Under the pieces are notes generated by a model. It searched no databases. It was not told the DNA's origin and saw only the letters and a program-made list of their open reading frames with translations. A stretch of 64,000 nt of DNA from positions 53,188 through 117,187 of the forward strand of contig DF237217.1 in the NCBI GenBank assembly GCA_000708835.1, written 5' to 3'. This document shows positions 46,269-60,251 of the stretch, piece after piece; the first letter of the stretch is position 1; every line of letters begins with the position of its first letter. The translations under genes and the position numbers were made by a program. This DNA is from Klebsormidium nitens (Eukaryota > Plantae > Klebsormidiophyceae).

Positions 46269-46284
46269 ACCTCCTTCCTCTTTC
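46269..46284 (+). promoter_or_regulatory. Pyrimidine-rich tract upstream of RPS21 (possible TOP-like initiator)
   Basis: CCTCCTTCCTCTTTC about 90 bp before the ATG. The transcription start site is not known. Confidence 0.25.
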
Positions 46285-46369
46285 GGTCCCTGCTGTTCTG
46301 TGACCAAGGCTCAGAGGCGGCCCTCCTTCCTGTGGCTCTTCGGCTGTCCGTCGCACGCACTCCGCAACC

Positions 46370-48382
46370 ATGCAGAACGAGGAGGGAGAGAACGTTGATC
46401 TGTACATCCCTAGGAAATGGTGAGGGCGCTTTGCTTCACTCTCGGGCCCTGATGGCAATGCACGTTGAACGATGCCAGTAAAAGATGCGGCTGTTCTGTC
46501 CATTGAAGGAAGTTTGGCAGGCTTCGAGAACCCGGCAAGTGATATAGACCTAGTTTGCTTTCAGAGGCTCCGTGAGCAGTGACTTGGGTTTTGGGCGGTG
46601 GCGCCAGCAGGGGCGCATTGGATAGCGGTGTTGATGGTAATGGTCCTGGTAATGGTTCGCAAGTTCCGCTCATTGCTGGGTGCTCCTGCCACGAGACAAG
46701 CAGTAGCGCCCGCAAGTTTATTCGGCTAGGCTTCTCAATAACTGCCCTTGTTTTATATTGCCCGGTGCACTTCATCCACTGTACTCCTGGGTGCATACAG
46801 GATCTTCTGTAGTGCGTTTACCAGGTTCTGAAAACTCAATAAGTGAAGCTGGTTTATTCTTCATTTCTACGGGCAAAAACTTAGCGGCATGAAAGCAATT
46901 TCAAGCAAGGGGTTCACTTTCACGAAGGAGGCCCTCACATACCAACCTCGTTCGAAATTGGAAGCACATCAGTTGCTCTTTCCATTTTGTGAAAAAAAAA
47001 TTGATTTCAGAGTAGTTGTCTGCTTGTGGCAAGTTTGCCCGTTGGAGTTTTCTGATGATGGGATTTTCTTTCTTTTTCAAGGAGCGCAAACTCTTCTTAG
47101 ATCACAATTTCACTGGGGCAAGGCTTTTTAAAGATCAACCGATCGATCTGAAAGAGTTAATTGTGAAAGCTGAAGGCACCGCAGCACTTCGGTTGCGGCA
47201 AGTGCACTTTTGTCTTCGTAGGGAGGTGATCACGAGTGGACTCTAAGCATGTGGATGCTTTGAACCTTACTCAACCAGGTTACAAAGCAGGCAGTTCTGG
47301 CATCAAGCAAACTGGAATAGCACTAGCAACGCTCGACGTGGCGCCTTGTGCTACTAGGACACCTCCGGGCTGATGGAAAGCTTGAGATGTTCTCCGGAGC
47401 TTTCGCTAAGCCTCAAGGTGCCGCACTCAGGGCGCCAGCAGTTTGTGAAAGAGCTAAGTCAAAAATCAGACAATAAGGATAGGGAAGAAAAGCATGGGGT
47501 CAAGAGGAGAAGGTGGGGTCGAGAGGAGAAGGGGGGGGCGGAGGGGCGATACGGCAGAGCTCTGATGGGTGCGTGACCCGGACCGAAGTTGACTTTGTCC
47601 GTATGCTTCCTCTTGCAGCTCCGCCACTAACCGGCTCATCACCTCCAAGGACCATGCGTCCATCCAGATCAATGTTGGGCACCTAGACGAGAACGGTGTG
47701 TACACGGGCCAGTACACGACCTTTGCTCTTGCGGGACCGGTTAGGGCGCAGGTTAGTACATTTGTCAGTACCTTATTGTAAACGAGCTGGTTGGAAGGGC
47801 TGAAGTTGGAAGAGCTATTGTGTCTTGCTTCCTGGCTTCATGGCAGATGGGCCACCTAGAAGTGTTTCTTCTTGGTAGACTGTTTCGCCCTGTATTTTCT
47901 ATTCAATTGTTTACTTTCCGTTTTTGATGAGTCTGTATTCTGGAGAGTTTAGCGGCTCGAATCTTACTGCTTCGGTTGTTGGCAACTTGTGGACCTTAGA
48001 TGTAAGCTGGGGAAGTTTTCTGCGGGTCAATTCTTCCCACGGATGTTTGAATCTTTTTTTTGAACCGCAGAATAATTGCTGATACGCTTCCCTGTAAAGC
48101 TCGAAGCGAGCTTGCTTTTAGGGCTCCGGGGTCTACTGGACAAAGCTTCTCATCAGGCCTAGAGTTTGGGCGATTGCTTGTTGTATGGACTGTTTAGTTT
48201 CCTCTTGCATCTTTCGAAGAGAAGTTTAGTTTGTGCACTTGGTCCTAACTGAACAAGCCTTTGAATATCATTTTCGAAGTTTCATTCGATTTATTTGTTG
48301 TGCCCTTTGCTTGCAGGGTGATGGGGACAGCGCGCTTGACAGACTTTGGGCGAAGAAGAAGGCTGAGCTTAGCCAACAGTGA
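46370..48382 (+). CDS. RPS21: 40S ribosomal protein S21 (eS21), 82 aa
   Basis: Exons 46370-46419, 47619-47751 and 48317-48382 give [82 protein letters not shown]. Confidence 0.98.
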
Positions 48383-49245
48383 GTGACATGCGCAGACACT
48401 AAACGACTTTTCAAACCAGGCCACTCCTTCTCCCTATCAGCCGCCCGCTCAGTTGTTCATTTGGCATCATTTGGCATCATGGGTACATGCGACACCCAGT
48501 CAGTGCTTCTTAACTGACGATATTTTGCACATGGAGGCTGCATATGTTCACCATCCGATTCGTGTGCCCGTTAAGTCAAAATCAGTGTTGAGGAAGTTCG
48601 CAAGTATATGCTTATGCTTGTCGAGTTGGAACGATGTGGCATGGTGACCGGACTGCGTATCATACGTCTGCGCGGTCATACCACTAAAATCGTCTCAATT
48701 GATGACAGGCTAGTTCTACGAGATGCACATGGAACTAGAGACAGGCGCCTGCATGGATCCATTGTACAGCTTTTCCATGTACATACCCCTTATAGTAGGG
48801 ACTGGCCGCCGGACGTACGGTATATAGTACAGCTATCACATGTCATGATTCCTAGGGAATCCTTGGCTCTCAGAAAAATAATGGTAGGGTAGTAAACGCC
48901 AATGTCATTTTAAGTTTGTGACGGTGGCCGCCAGATAGCTGCAGAGCTGGCCGCTGTTCAGTGGTTTGGTTTTGATTGGCCCGCAATACATCATGCTTCT
49001 GTCGATGCCAGACTCAGGAAACTACTACCTATAGTGAACGGGTCTGGCCGGCCAATGACAATCGAAGGAGTGTCAACAAAACCACTCAAGTTATCCGGAT
49101 ACTTGGACAGCTATACTGCAAGGATTTGACAATATACATAAATTTCGTTGTCAGCGAATTTTTGAGAGTCTTATAAGCATCTCAGTTGATATATCTAAGT
49201 AGAAGGTGCTAGCGTGCAGGACTATGTTATGTACGCCGTATTAAG

Positions 49246-50697
49246 CTATTGATGCGTGTGCCCACTGCCTGAGTAACAACACGTACTGTTTTCAGCAAGC
49301 GCATCTTGCATGAACCCAATCGAAAAGCTGTCTAATCTGTACTCGTCCAGCTGCATGCCAAACGCTGTATTCTTGATATGCGGTAGAGACCCGTCCTGTA
49401 TCCCCGACACCAACTTCTCAACCTGTTGAAGGGCCGTTCTCGCCGGCAGGAAATCGTCGACATGGCCACAGCACATGACAATCGGACTCGCCTGCGAATC
49501 CTTTGCCTCTTCCGACTCGACCAACGTAAGCAGTCTTGACACCGATCCTTTGAATGCGTCCAAACTCTCGCCATCTTTTGGGATGAAGATCGGCTGCCAC
49601 TGGTAGAAGCTGTCCCCAACAAAGAGCCGCCTTTCCTTGGCGTAATACAGCGCGATCTCGTCAGGTGTGTGCCCTGGGGTGTGGATCACTCTGATGTCTT
49701 CGGTAGTGTCGGGCTCGGGACCCATCCTGCATACAGGCAGATCAGTCAAATTACGAAATTACACGAGCCCTGGTTGTTAGCTTTGTTTAAGAACAGGCTG
49801 GCGGGTTTGTAAGAATCCAACCACCAGCTGATCACCCATCTGCATACAGTGCATTTCAGTCATGTGATGAAGTTACTCAAGCCCTGATTATCAGCAGTGA
49901 TTAACCTCACAGGCTGGCCGATTTGCAGCAAGTCGACCACCAACTGATCACATCTTGCAATTCCTCATTGCACCTAGCTTTGAAAGCGAGAAACAATAAG
50001 TGTTTGCAACTGAAAACACTCTCTCAACTCTGTTTTGAAGCTGCGGAAGTCCCTCAATCTTTCAACTTCAGAAAATCATCCTCCAGGGGGGGTCAATTTG
50101 ACATTCAAAAAGCCTGCCTCAGATTGGTGGATAAGGACCACACACACTGCATGCACCTACTTCCAAATGCCCTGTTCTTAACCTACCTCAAGTAGTTTTG
50201 CAACCGCATATCTTTCTATTCGCTGGGATCAAAAGCCAACATTAGGTGACTTACTGAATAGTTTCCCCATCCGCCAGCCACTTCGTGATGGCAAAGTCTT
50301 TGACCTGGTCCCCAAAGATGTTTGCTTTCCAGTGTTCCGTGTAATCGCGCCGGCCCTCCCCAAACGCCAGCTCCACACAGAAGGAAGCCTTCCCCCCCGG
50401 CCCACTAAAGTGCCAGTTGCCGCCAATGTGGTCAAAGTGGCTATGACTACAGACCACATAGACCGGCAGCTTGCGCGGGTTTAGTTCGTGACTGGTCACA
50501 AATCCAGCAAGATCACCCGACCCACATCCCGTGTCTAGCAAGACAAGCTTGTCTTTGCCATGTATGAGATACAGGAAGGGATATTGAGTAAAGGAGTCGT
50601 ACTCCACAACCTTGGTGAGGTTTGGCGAGAGCCTTGAGAAGACATAAGTGGGACGGTCGTGTTTCAGTTCGACGCCTTCGCTATCAGAGGACGTCAT
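49246..50697 (-). CDS. Metallo-beta-lactamase fold hydrolase
   Basis: Exons 50697-50255 and 49726-49246 (phase-2 GT-AG intron). Motifs LLDTG, SHSHFDHIGG (HxHxDH), HTPGHT, LFVGD and CGH. Confidence 0.9.
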
Positions 50698-51586
50698 TGG
50701 ATTGGCGATGCAATGCGGCCTTGTGAGCGTGCTCAAAGATGGTCTAGAGAAACCAGAGTTGTAACCGAGTTTATATAAAGGCAGTTCTTGGATTCTTTGG
50801 AATAAGTTCTTCTGCGTAATGATCTGAACCGTAGGACAAAAAATGCAATGCTGTGACTTTAAATGTACTTGTTTATGGTGGATGCAAAGACGAGGAGCTC
50901 CCAAAAGCGATTGGAACTCTTCATCTGAGCTGCACTAAGCTGGACAGCGCCGTAACGCAGTTCTGAACCTCCCTGCTTTCTTCGAGCACCAAACTTTCCG
51001 AACAGAAAACTTGCTGCACGGGCAGGGAAGCAATGCTTGGCCAGGGGATAGTAGACACAAACGGAATCCAGCAGATCGCAAGAAACTGCTGCCAGCTCCC
51101 TAAAACACTGCGATCAGAACTTCACTGGGTTGCTGCCCTGATCGAGGGAGGCGCCAATTTGTGCAGACGAACGCTGTTCAAACAACTTCAAAGTGGACTG
51201 AGCTCAAGAAAACAGAACTTTGTTAAATAGCGCAGCAGCCAGCTTTTCTTTTCCTTTTTTTTGGCGGATCAATGTTTTGACACTCGAGTATGTTACAAAA
51301 CAATAAGACAATCGTGCGTAAAAGATTGTGTGTCAACCAAAAAGAGCAAAAGAACATAAGAAAGCCCTTTTCAAAAGGATTCCTTGCGGCGCCAAGGTTC
51401 ACAACGACGACAAGCAGCAGGAGAAGAAGCAGCATTTGCTTGAGCGCCCCTCCAAGTTCAAGTCCAAGGTCCAAAGAAGCTGCAGGAAAAGTCGCAGCTG
51501 CAAGAACTCTAATGACATGAACACTGATCTCTGAACTCACTCACTTCTTAAAAAACTCATCCGCTCAGCTTGCGCCAGCTCGCAAC

Positions 51587-54500
51587 ATGTCGAAAGGCTT
51601 CCTTTCAGACAGAGCATTGACCTTCACTCCTTCCGTGATTCAAGAGACCTCGAGGCTTGCGGAGAGATGTGGTGCCATCAACCTAGCGGAAGGTATCGCA
51701 CTCTTCATCCATCACGCCTGTGTCTGCTTGCGCCTGAAAGATGGTGGTAGTGTTCGTGTCGAGGGGGCTAGGACTCACATTGTCATGGTTCAGCTTGTCC
51801 CCCTACAGCACTGCTAAGCCATCTTCGTAACCTCACTTATTGACGTATCTGTATCTTTGAGGGAGCTTGTCCGGGTGGTGTTACTCATGTGCCCTCCAAC
51901 TTGTTGCTGCAAACCCCTTGCAGGCTTCCCTGACTTTGCTGCCCCCAGCCTGCTAAAAGAAGAGGCGATCAAAGCGATCATAGAAGACCTCAACCAGTAC
52001 AGGTGAGTTTATTGCGCCTGAGCTGACATCGTAGAAGCGTGCTTGGAAGCACCATGCGGCCTCCATAACTCTCAGGAAACTGCTTCTTAAGTAAAGGTCG
52101 CTGCGTTTCAGGAGCTTACGAAAGGTGGCTCTTGTCTTGTGGGTCTTTCTGGGCCTAGCACACATCAAAGACACTGGGGACACGGTAATAATATTCTCAA
52201 GGACGTGCATTACCTTGTTCTCTTACTGCTGGCGCTGCGCATCTCAGCGCCGCATCCCCTTAAATAATTCCCTTGGAGAATTCCTGGTCTCAGCTTGTCA
52301 ACGGGAAACATGAGGGAGAAGCGTGAAGGCCTCTTTCAGAAATGGACATTGTTGACCAGATGAGACCATGAGTCGTGGCAGGTCCCTTTATTAGAAACAA
52401 AGGCAGGCACTCCTTTGGCTGCAGGCATGTCCCTCAGCTGTGTGAGCTCATTGCAAAGCGTTTCTCAGCGCGGCATGGTTCTGTGCATCCCCCGCTTCAA
52501 ATAGACCCAGCTACAGAGGTGGTGATCACATGCGGCCAGACAGAGGCAATGGCGGCTGCAGTCCTAGCTGGTGAGGAATGCTACGTCTAGAGCTTCTTCT
52601 GGTCGCGGTTCTTGCTGAAGGAGAGTGGATTCTTCTCGATTTTATGGGAAGTTAGGTTAGCATTGGCAGAAGCATTAGGGACAGAGTGGCTTTACAGGTC
52701 AGCTTGTCTAGGTCCAGATGACCCAGGTTTCCAATTCAAACGTGTCGCTTCTCTTTGAAAACTACCTTCGAAGTCTACAGCCACAGGTAGCTCAATCCCC
52801 TCAGGTTCTCAACAGCAGGCCTGTATTATTCCCATCTTTGCATAGTATTGAAATTTTATTGGAAAAATCTGTATCACGATTGCTTCGTTAACCTCGTGAT
52901 TCCTCGTGTTTTCTCAGTTGTCAATCCTGGGGACGAAGTCGTTCTGTTCAATCCGACATATGAGACCTACCCCGCCAATGTGGCCATGGCCGGGGGGGTC
53001 GTACGCCACTGCCAACTGTACCCCCCGAACTGGAGTTTTCGGGAGGAAGAGCTTTTGGCGGCAGTAGGGCCGCGATGTAAGGCCATCGTCGTAAACAGGT
53101 ACGTTGTGTTGTGAATAGTTGCTGAAAGGCAGTGAGTGATTTTGGGACCGAAGCCCAGTCCAGTCACGGTTCCTATCACCCTCAAGCCTGCCTTTCAATC
53201 GTTAGCCGAGCACAGAAGCACAGCAAGCCGCAACTTCTTTCGAGGAGACCTCACAATGAATAAAGTAAGCTTGCAAGTAGACTCGAATCAAAGGTCGATC
53301 CTGATCTTCCTCTTTGTTGCAGCCCCCACAACCCGACAGGCAAGGTCTTCACCGACGCCGAGCTAGCAATCATAGCTCGAGTGTGCACATCCGAAAACTT
53401 GCTGGCGTTGACGGACGAGGTGAGGGCGCTGACGTCCCCCCCCGTTCGCCGCTTGCCATGGCACTTTTGACGTGCATATTAGGACCTTTGTTCCATCATC
53501 GAAGTTCAAAAGAATAGACGCGCAAGGGAAACTTCCCACTCTAGTTCTTCGAGGGGTTTGCGTAGGAAGCCGCCTTCAGCCGCTGTGCAGGTGTACGAGG
53601 ATCTGACGTATGATGACGTCGAGCACCGGAGCCTGGCCTCCTTCCCGGGCATGCGCGAGCGCACGGTCGTGACGTCATCCTTGTCCAAGACGTTCTCTGT
53701 CACGGGTGAGGCTGTCGCCCGAGAGAAAGAGTTCCGCCCGCCCCGCCGTTCACTAAGATGCTTGAAGCCGTTCTTGGATCTGGATCGAAGGCTTTTTGGA
53801 TCTCGGCACAGCACAACACATGTCAAGAGCTTTCGAAGCTCTTCGTCAAATATGAAATGTTTTTGCAGGTCGAAGCTCTCGTCAAATGTGAACTGTTGTT
53901 TCAGGCCGATGCGAACTCTGAAAGGTGTGTAGCTTGTTTCTAGCTTCGGTACCTTAGCTTGATCTTCCGAGGATCATTCGCACCTGCCAATACGACGCTA
54001 GTCTGCGGTCACGCCGTCGAAAAGGGCTCACCAACCTGTTAATTCCGCTCTTCTCGACCCGACAGCATCTCGCCACGTGTCGCTCTGCAGGCTGGCGGAT
54101 CGGCTGGGCCATCGCGCCGCCCGACATCGCCTCCGCCATCAGCAATCTCCACGTCAAGCTCACCGACTCCGCGCCCGCCCCGTTCCAAGAGGCTGCCGTC
54201 AGCGCGCTCCAAAGTGACGTCAGCTACTACCGGCAGCTACGGCAAGAGTACCAGGAGCGAAGGGACTTGGTTTGTGACGCGCTCGAGGGGGAGGAGTTCG
54301 AGATCGAGACGCGGCCGAAAGGGGGCTTCTTCGTCTTTGCGAGGATCCCGGAGCGATTCCGACACGGTTGTGACGACGTGCGTCTGCGTCTTCCTTCCTT
54401 TCCCTCGTCCTCTTTGTTGCTGCTGTACCAAAGCTGCAATCAAAGCCCGGGAACGTGTTGTGGAGTCGTTTCGAAAGCTGGTTATCGTGTAACGAGATAA

Positions 54501-55266
54501 CGTTTTTGCCCTTGTCCTGTTTTGAGTGGAGATCTTTTGGTGTCCCGTCAAACTTGATATCTGTCGTCCCAACCCCACTGCACTATTGAACGGACGGGAG
54601 TTCGCTTCAAATATAACGGACGCTCAGGTTGCGCAATACGTGCAGCTTACACTGCCCGTTTCAGGTTCGATGTGAAACTCTACTAGGATTCTATTTTGAC
54701 CCGATCTTGTCGGGATGGCGCAGTGGGCTCTTCTCTGAGATATTGGCCGACTGCCTTGGTTCTCAGCCGTCCAAACCGTTTGAGTGGGCAATTGTTCGCA
54801 GGAGAAACCGGCTTTGCATTGATGTACGCTCAACATCCGGCAGAAAAGTGAAGCTTCGTAAGGCCGCCAAGTGTACGGTCAATAATACCACTGCCGGTGA
54901 CTTAGATTTGACAAGAGTGCTTTGTTTGAATTGCAGGTGTCCTTTGTGTCGACGTTGATTGAAGAGGCGGGAGTGGCGATCGTTCCTGGTTCAATCTTCT
55001 TTCATAGTCCATCCCCCCGTGCGTCTGTCACTGGTGGTTCCGCTGTTGCAAATGGTACCCGAACTGCCGGTCCAGGAGATGACGGGTCTCCTCACCTTAC
55101 CGGCCATGCATCGGTCGACGAAATCATAAACGAGAACCAAGATTATTGTTCCACGCTGTCAACTGATTATTCTAAAGAGTACGTTCGTGTTGCTATATGC
55201 AAGAAAAAGGAGACTCTAAAGGCGGCCATTTCCGAACTGCAACATTATTTTGACAACACAGATTAA
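51587..55266 (+). CDS. PLP-dependent class I/II aminotransferase (kynurenine/glutamine transaminase-like)
   Basis: Eight exons: 51587-51692, 51924-52002, 52425-52570, 52918-53098, 53323-53419, 53591-53705, 54091-54377 and 54937-55266. Motifs AINLAEG|FPD, N|SPHNPTGKVF, TDE|VYE, SLSKTFSVTG|WRIG and YVRVAICK. Confidence 0.93.
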
Positions 55267-57929
55267 CATAACGTTACGTTATTGGTTATTTTAGTAAGAT
55301 GACCGATAATTCACGATCCTTTGAATAGTGGATCTTGAAGCAATTGCCAGCATGCCCAAGCTTGCGAAGTTGGCATTGTAGCCGTGGCACACGAAATGAG
55401 CGTGCGGTTCGGCCTGCGCAGCCTGGTAGCGGGATACTTGATAACACCACAAAACAAAGTCAACGCAAGCGGCCGCGCCCATGCCCGGCCATATAGCTGT
55501 GCATACAGGACGGTTCAATATGCATGCATGGCCCGGCCACGATTTGGGTCCGCATATGAAATCATTTGAACATATTGAACGCGGAATATGGCTCGAAGCG
55601 CAGACGTGTACCATGCATGGGCCACATGCCTGAGTATGACCACGTACTGTCCAGCTTTGTCGGATATCACTTACATGTGCATAAAAACAAGTTGACTCAG
55701 CGAGCCCCTTCCACTGAAAACCGCGCAAAGACAGAGGAGAGACGATGTTTGCGGCGGGCATCAGCTATAGTTGTCAGGCTATCAAAGTTGAGCAAGCCTT
55801 ATATTGCTAAGCTAGTTTAGACTGAGACCTAGGCTCGTACTAGTGCCTGAGTCAGCCGTTTTTACGATTAAGTCTTCAGGACTCGACACGGCGCCATGCA
55901 TTTTATGGCGTGTAACCGCATTCGTGATCGGTGACGGTAGAAAGAGTTACACACAAAGTTCTATCTGTCGATCAACTGGCATGTGCCAGGTAACTAGTAT
56001 CATCAAACACTGCCAGTCTGTATGCTTGCCCAATACATGTTGCACTATGTCCTCGACTGTTGCAGGCTCTAGCTATCGTGTCTATTGTCAAATCTACATA
56101 TGCCAATCAAGCCTGCTGCATAGTTCATATATCTAATTCGGCTTTGCGCCAACGCAGGCGAACCTAACAAGCGCTTTAGAAAACGACATTTTAAAGTGCC
56201 TTGTCTAAGTTGAAATCCTGCTGTGAACAACGGCGGGCCGGGTATATGGTACATGCGAGCCTTTCACTCGTGCGCCATGTCTATTTACACCGCTGACGGC
56301 CATTTGGACACCGTCCTGAACCCACCTTGATTCAGGCTGCCGCGTCATTGAAATTTGGGCCGAGAAACGAGAAGTGCATATGCGTATTTACAGCCCACCT
56401 CTGAGTATCTGGGTTGTTCATGTCTGCACGCGACCCTTGGGTACTTCCAGTGACCTGCATCCGAAAACACCCATTTAGTCCGTCGATCACTGAAGAATTG
56501 TGCAGACTCTAAGTGGACCTTGAAAATGACGTTAACCGCCAACCGCAAGTAAGACACTAGATAGAGGACTGTCAGCTAAGACGGAGCTGCTTGACTTGGT
56601 CAAAGCAAGAAAAGTGTGATGGACACACGGGCTGAGCGTTCCTCGCGACCTATTTTGGCTGACATCTTGCTCTCAACCACTAACGCAAGCATCTGTACGT
56701 CTTTGGCAAGCAGGAGAAAACTTAAACAGAGGCGAAACGCTTTCGAGTGACCCGAATGGCAACGGGGTACTGTCTGACCTCGTTGTACCATCTGTTACAA
56801 GCTCAACACGGAAGACCGATTCGCCTGGCTGACTGGAAGCGAGAGTCACGCCTTGTCAACCCCAGATTAACCCGTTGTCAAGCCCCTAAGCCGTACCAGC
56901 AACGCCTTGCAACACCCTAACGAACTCTTCTCTGAACAATTCGCAAAGGTCCTTCTCACCGAAACCACAAGAGCCGATTTTTCGCGAGTACCAAAAGGCT
57001 TTCGAAGGACCATAGCAGGGCGGTAGCGTGTAGAAGTTCGACTACATCGCGACCAGGCTCACATTTTGAGGCTTTTTCCCTTGGCCTGACTGTTAATCGC
57101 CTCCTCCTCCTTGGACTGAGAAGGGACGGAGAAGAAGCGCAGAATTGGAGCAAAAATCGGCTTCTGCGAGACAAAGACTTTTCGATTAGCAAGCGCAGAA
57201 CTGGGATTTCTTGACGAAACGAGCGGAAGCAACAGAGTTAACTCTTGGGTTACGGTTCCGCAGCCTGCACCTTAACCTTTATAGGTAAAGGTGCAGGTCT
57301 CTTTCACGGCAAAGAACCTGTGTCAACCTTGCGCAAGTTGATAGATCAGAAGGATTCACACATGAGCCACAAGTTCCAGGCTGTTGAGTAGAGTACTTGA
57401 AGCAGTTTGTCACCCTTGGTCTATGAATCTTTCTCAACCAGCCATGCATCGACCGGGGCAATTGACGGAACTTGAAACGGGTTCCGTGCCAGAATTCTCT
57501 GGAAAATCGGACGGTCGAGGAAAGATTGAGACCAAGGTTTGTGCGCGAGAGATTGTTAGGCAACTTCGGTATGGAGGGGTGCTTCACGGACGGCCACTTC
57601 TCAAAGGCGACTTAAGAACCGCAGCAAACTCTTGCATCTTGGTGCAAAGAGCTTGCTTTAGTAATAGCCACCGAAAACCGAACTAGGACCTTCTGAATCT
57701 CTTCTTCCATGGCACCCGAGACAGGGGTACCTGCAATCTGCTTTTGGAAAGCTTCAATCCAGGCAACGTTTTCACGTAAAACGATGTATGCGACTCTAAA
57801 TTGGACAGACAGTCGCGAAAGAGAGCTGCACAGGCGCTGAAGGGGTAAGCCTTCCGTTGCGAAATGATTTATGAGATGAATCAGAGAAAAGCAGAGGAAC
57901 AGAATTTGAGAAACCGCCAAACTCCTTAG

Positions 57930-59529
57930 TTACCTGGGAAGGAAATGTCAAACATGCAGATCCGCAAATGCCCTTATTTTGAAGGCTCTTCTCCTGACAA
58001 GTAGACGTGGGAGTGAAAGAAAGTAAAAAAAGCGTCACCATCTGCATCTACGCAAAGCAACTGATAGAGTGGTGTGCAATAAACCTGACTGGACCTTTGA
58101 TGGTAGTCCGTGCATAAGATAAAGAAAGGATGCCACCCCAAAATCGTGTAGAGATTACGAAAGAAAACTCTGCCCAAATCCTCCCAGTATAGCTGGAAGA
58201 TTCTCACCCTGAGAGTGTCCCTAGTCATGGTCTTCTCCAAGTACTGCTTCCCTCTGTCAGTCATCTCCTCAGGGTTGTCGATCTCAGGTACCTCGCCAGA
58301 ACGCCGGTCTTTGTTCAAGCTGCAACATCATATCATGACGCATTGGAGTTACCAATTCACGCTCAATCGTGTTACCCTCCCTCTTTGTCCCCAATTCTTA
58401 TAAGTGTCTTTTTATACAGCTTTTGGCTCTGAACATTGATTGAACTACCTAGTTGACTTGGAAATAACCCTTTGACATTTCAGAAATCTGCGTCTAAGCA
58501 GCTTGGCATCTTTGAACGACAATTTCTCGAAGTCGCACTGCATATTCATACCCATTCCCATCACCTTGAACGAGCCGAACGTAAGGTCAGCTTTGAGCTC
58601 GCAATGCAATTGGTCACTCTACTGCTTTTCCAGGCTCTTTAAGAGCTTTCAACCCTGCTGACTCTGAAGTATCCCTACCCTTCACAGACTGTGCGAGAAG
58701 ACATTCACAACTCAGGAACAACTCTGCAACCTCGCATGAAGCAAGAGTCCCCTTAAACAGAATATGCAAAAGACTCTGACTGATATACCAGTACTCACCT
58801 AGTACGGACCTCGGGTTGTTTGAGCAGCTGCCTGTTCACCGACCAGCCGGCAAGGCTAATGGCTGTCCCAACAGCGAGAAAGAGGGGCAGAACTGGTAAG
58901 AGCTGCACAACAAAACCATGAGATCACTACTAGAGGCGTATGGATCTTCTGTTGCCCTGAATACAAGAATCTTAAAAGAATGTGAGGAGCTATCGTTATC
59001 TTGATGATACTGTTAAGCCTGCATCTGCTGCAGTCTGATTCAGGAGCTGACGACCTCAACAATATGGAGGACTGATCTGCTTCTTAAAAATTAAAGTTAT
59101 TTTCAATAGCCAAAGCATGAGAAGACATGCAGCCAGACGTTAGAGAGGCGAGCTGGCAGTTCACAGCAGAAGTATCAAACAAGCGTTTTCTGAAACCAGA
59201 AGGAAAAAACAGACAAGTGTTATCAAATGTTGTGTTTGCATGAATGACAGCCTTGACGGTTAAGTTACTTAAACAAATGACAATGTATCTATGTTCGCCA
59301 TTTCCAATGTTTGACCAAAAACATTACACATGCGCACACCTACTAGAACACTGAAAAATACGAAAAGAAGATTTTGACAACAAGCTCTTGGACTGTCTTG
59401 AGGCTACCGAAAGCCATTAAAGCTGACGTGTCCTGCGCGTTTAGCTTGTAAGTATCTGAGACTTACCTGGTTCCAACAGCATCCTCTCAGAAGAAGGTAC
59501 TTCAAATAATTGAACCCCTTCCGAAACAT
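57930..59529 (-). CDS. Probable B12D/NDUFA4-like small mitochondrial membrane protein; 3' end uncertain
   Basis: Exons 59529-59467, 58902-58799, 58319-58208 and a likely exon from ~57993. Product contains LPLFLAVGTAISLAGWSVNRQLLKQPEVRT-SLNKDRRSGEVPE...GKQY, resembling the B12D pattern PLF.AvG.A......l.R.....PEVR..K..R. Confidence 0.5.
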
Positions 59530-60251
59530 GGTTGTTTTGGCCGGGCGAAAGCATGCGGTTACTGCCAGCTTTTTCAAAATAGCTGACCCGCAGCAGGCCT
59601 GTGATTGAGTACTTCGACACGGAGGTGATTCAGTGCACCGATGCCGCTTTGGCGTAAGTCTTGCTCCATTCTTCCTCCTCACTGGTCGTGCAATGTGAAA
59701 CTTTCTTTTGCGAGCTCCTGAGCACCTGGGAGCAATCCAGGAATCCCAGACGAGAGGCCAACCTTCTGCTGATCCTGACAGATGACACTATAAACATGCC
59801 AGGAGCTGGTCAGCTGGCATTGATTGAAGCAGTACCTCTCTTTTCATCAGCCGTTTGAAAAGGGGCACCTTAGTCGCTGAGCTCAAGTCCTTTGTGGGAT
59901 GCATGAACTCGCCCCCCCCAGCTGGCTTCCCCCTTGCATCGGGCTTCAGCTCCTTTGCAACGGGGCTGTCTGTGTTGACGTCCGAAGCCATCTTGGACGA
60001 GGAAAGGCAGAAACAAGCAGCTTATCGAGACAGTGACAGGTGTAGGGCTGACTCAACCAATGTGATGCGTTCTCGTCAGGGGCGCAAACGAAGCAAGGTC
60101 CAAAAAACCCAATCTGTGGCCAGCTTTAAAAATTGGCCTGGTGAAAGATGCGCTCGTCCTTCTTCCTGGCTCGCAGAGGACGCCTCCCAGCGCCCTCGCT
60201 GCACCACTGATATCAACAACCTGCATGTAGCTGCATCCATTTCTTCACGGC

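Noticed and set aside
46420-48316. Intronic box C/D snoRNAs in RPS21 introns (TGATGA near 47053 and 47925, with downstream CTGA)
   Set aside because: Box C context and terminal stems are weak and I could not identify an rRNA-complementary guide. A snoscan or Rfam search would be needed.
57974-58318. ORF listed as + strand (MNKDRRSGEVPE...)
   Set aside because: The peptide is encoded on the minus strand (TTA at 57974 is the reverse complement of the stop). I treated its first part as an exon of the B12D-like gene.
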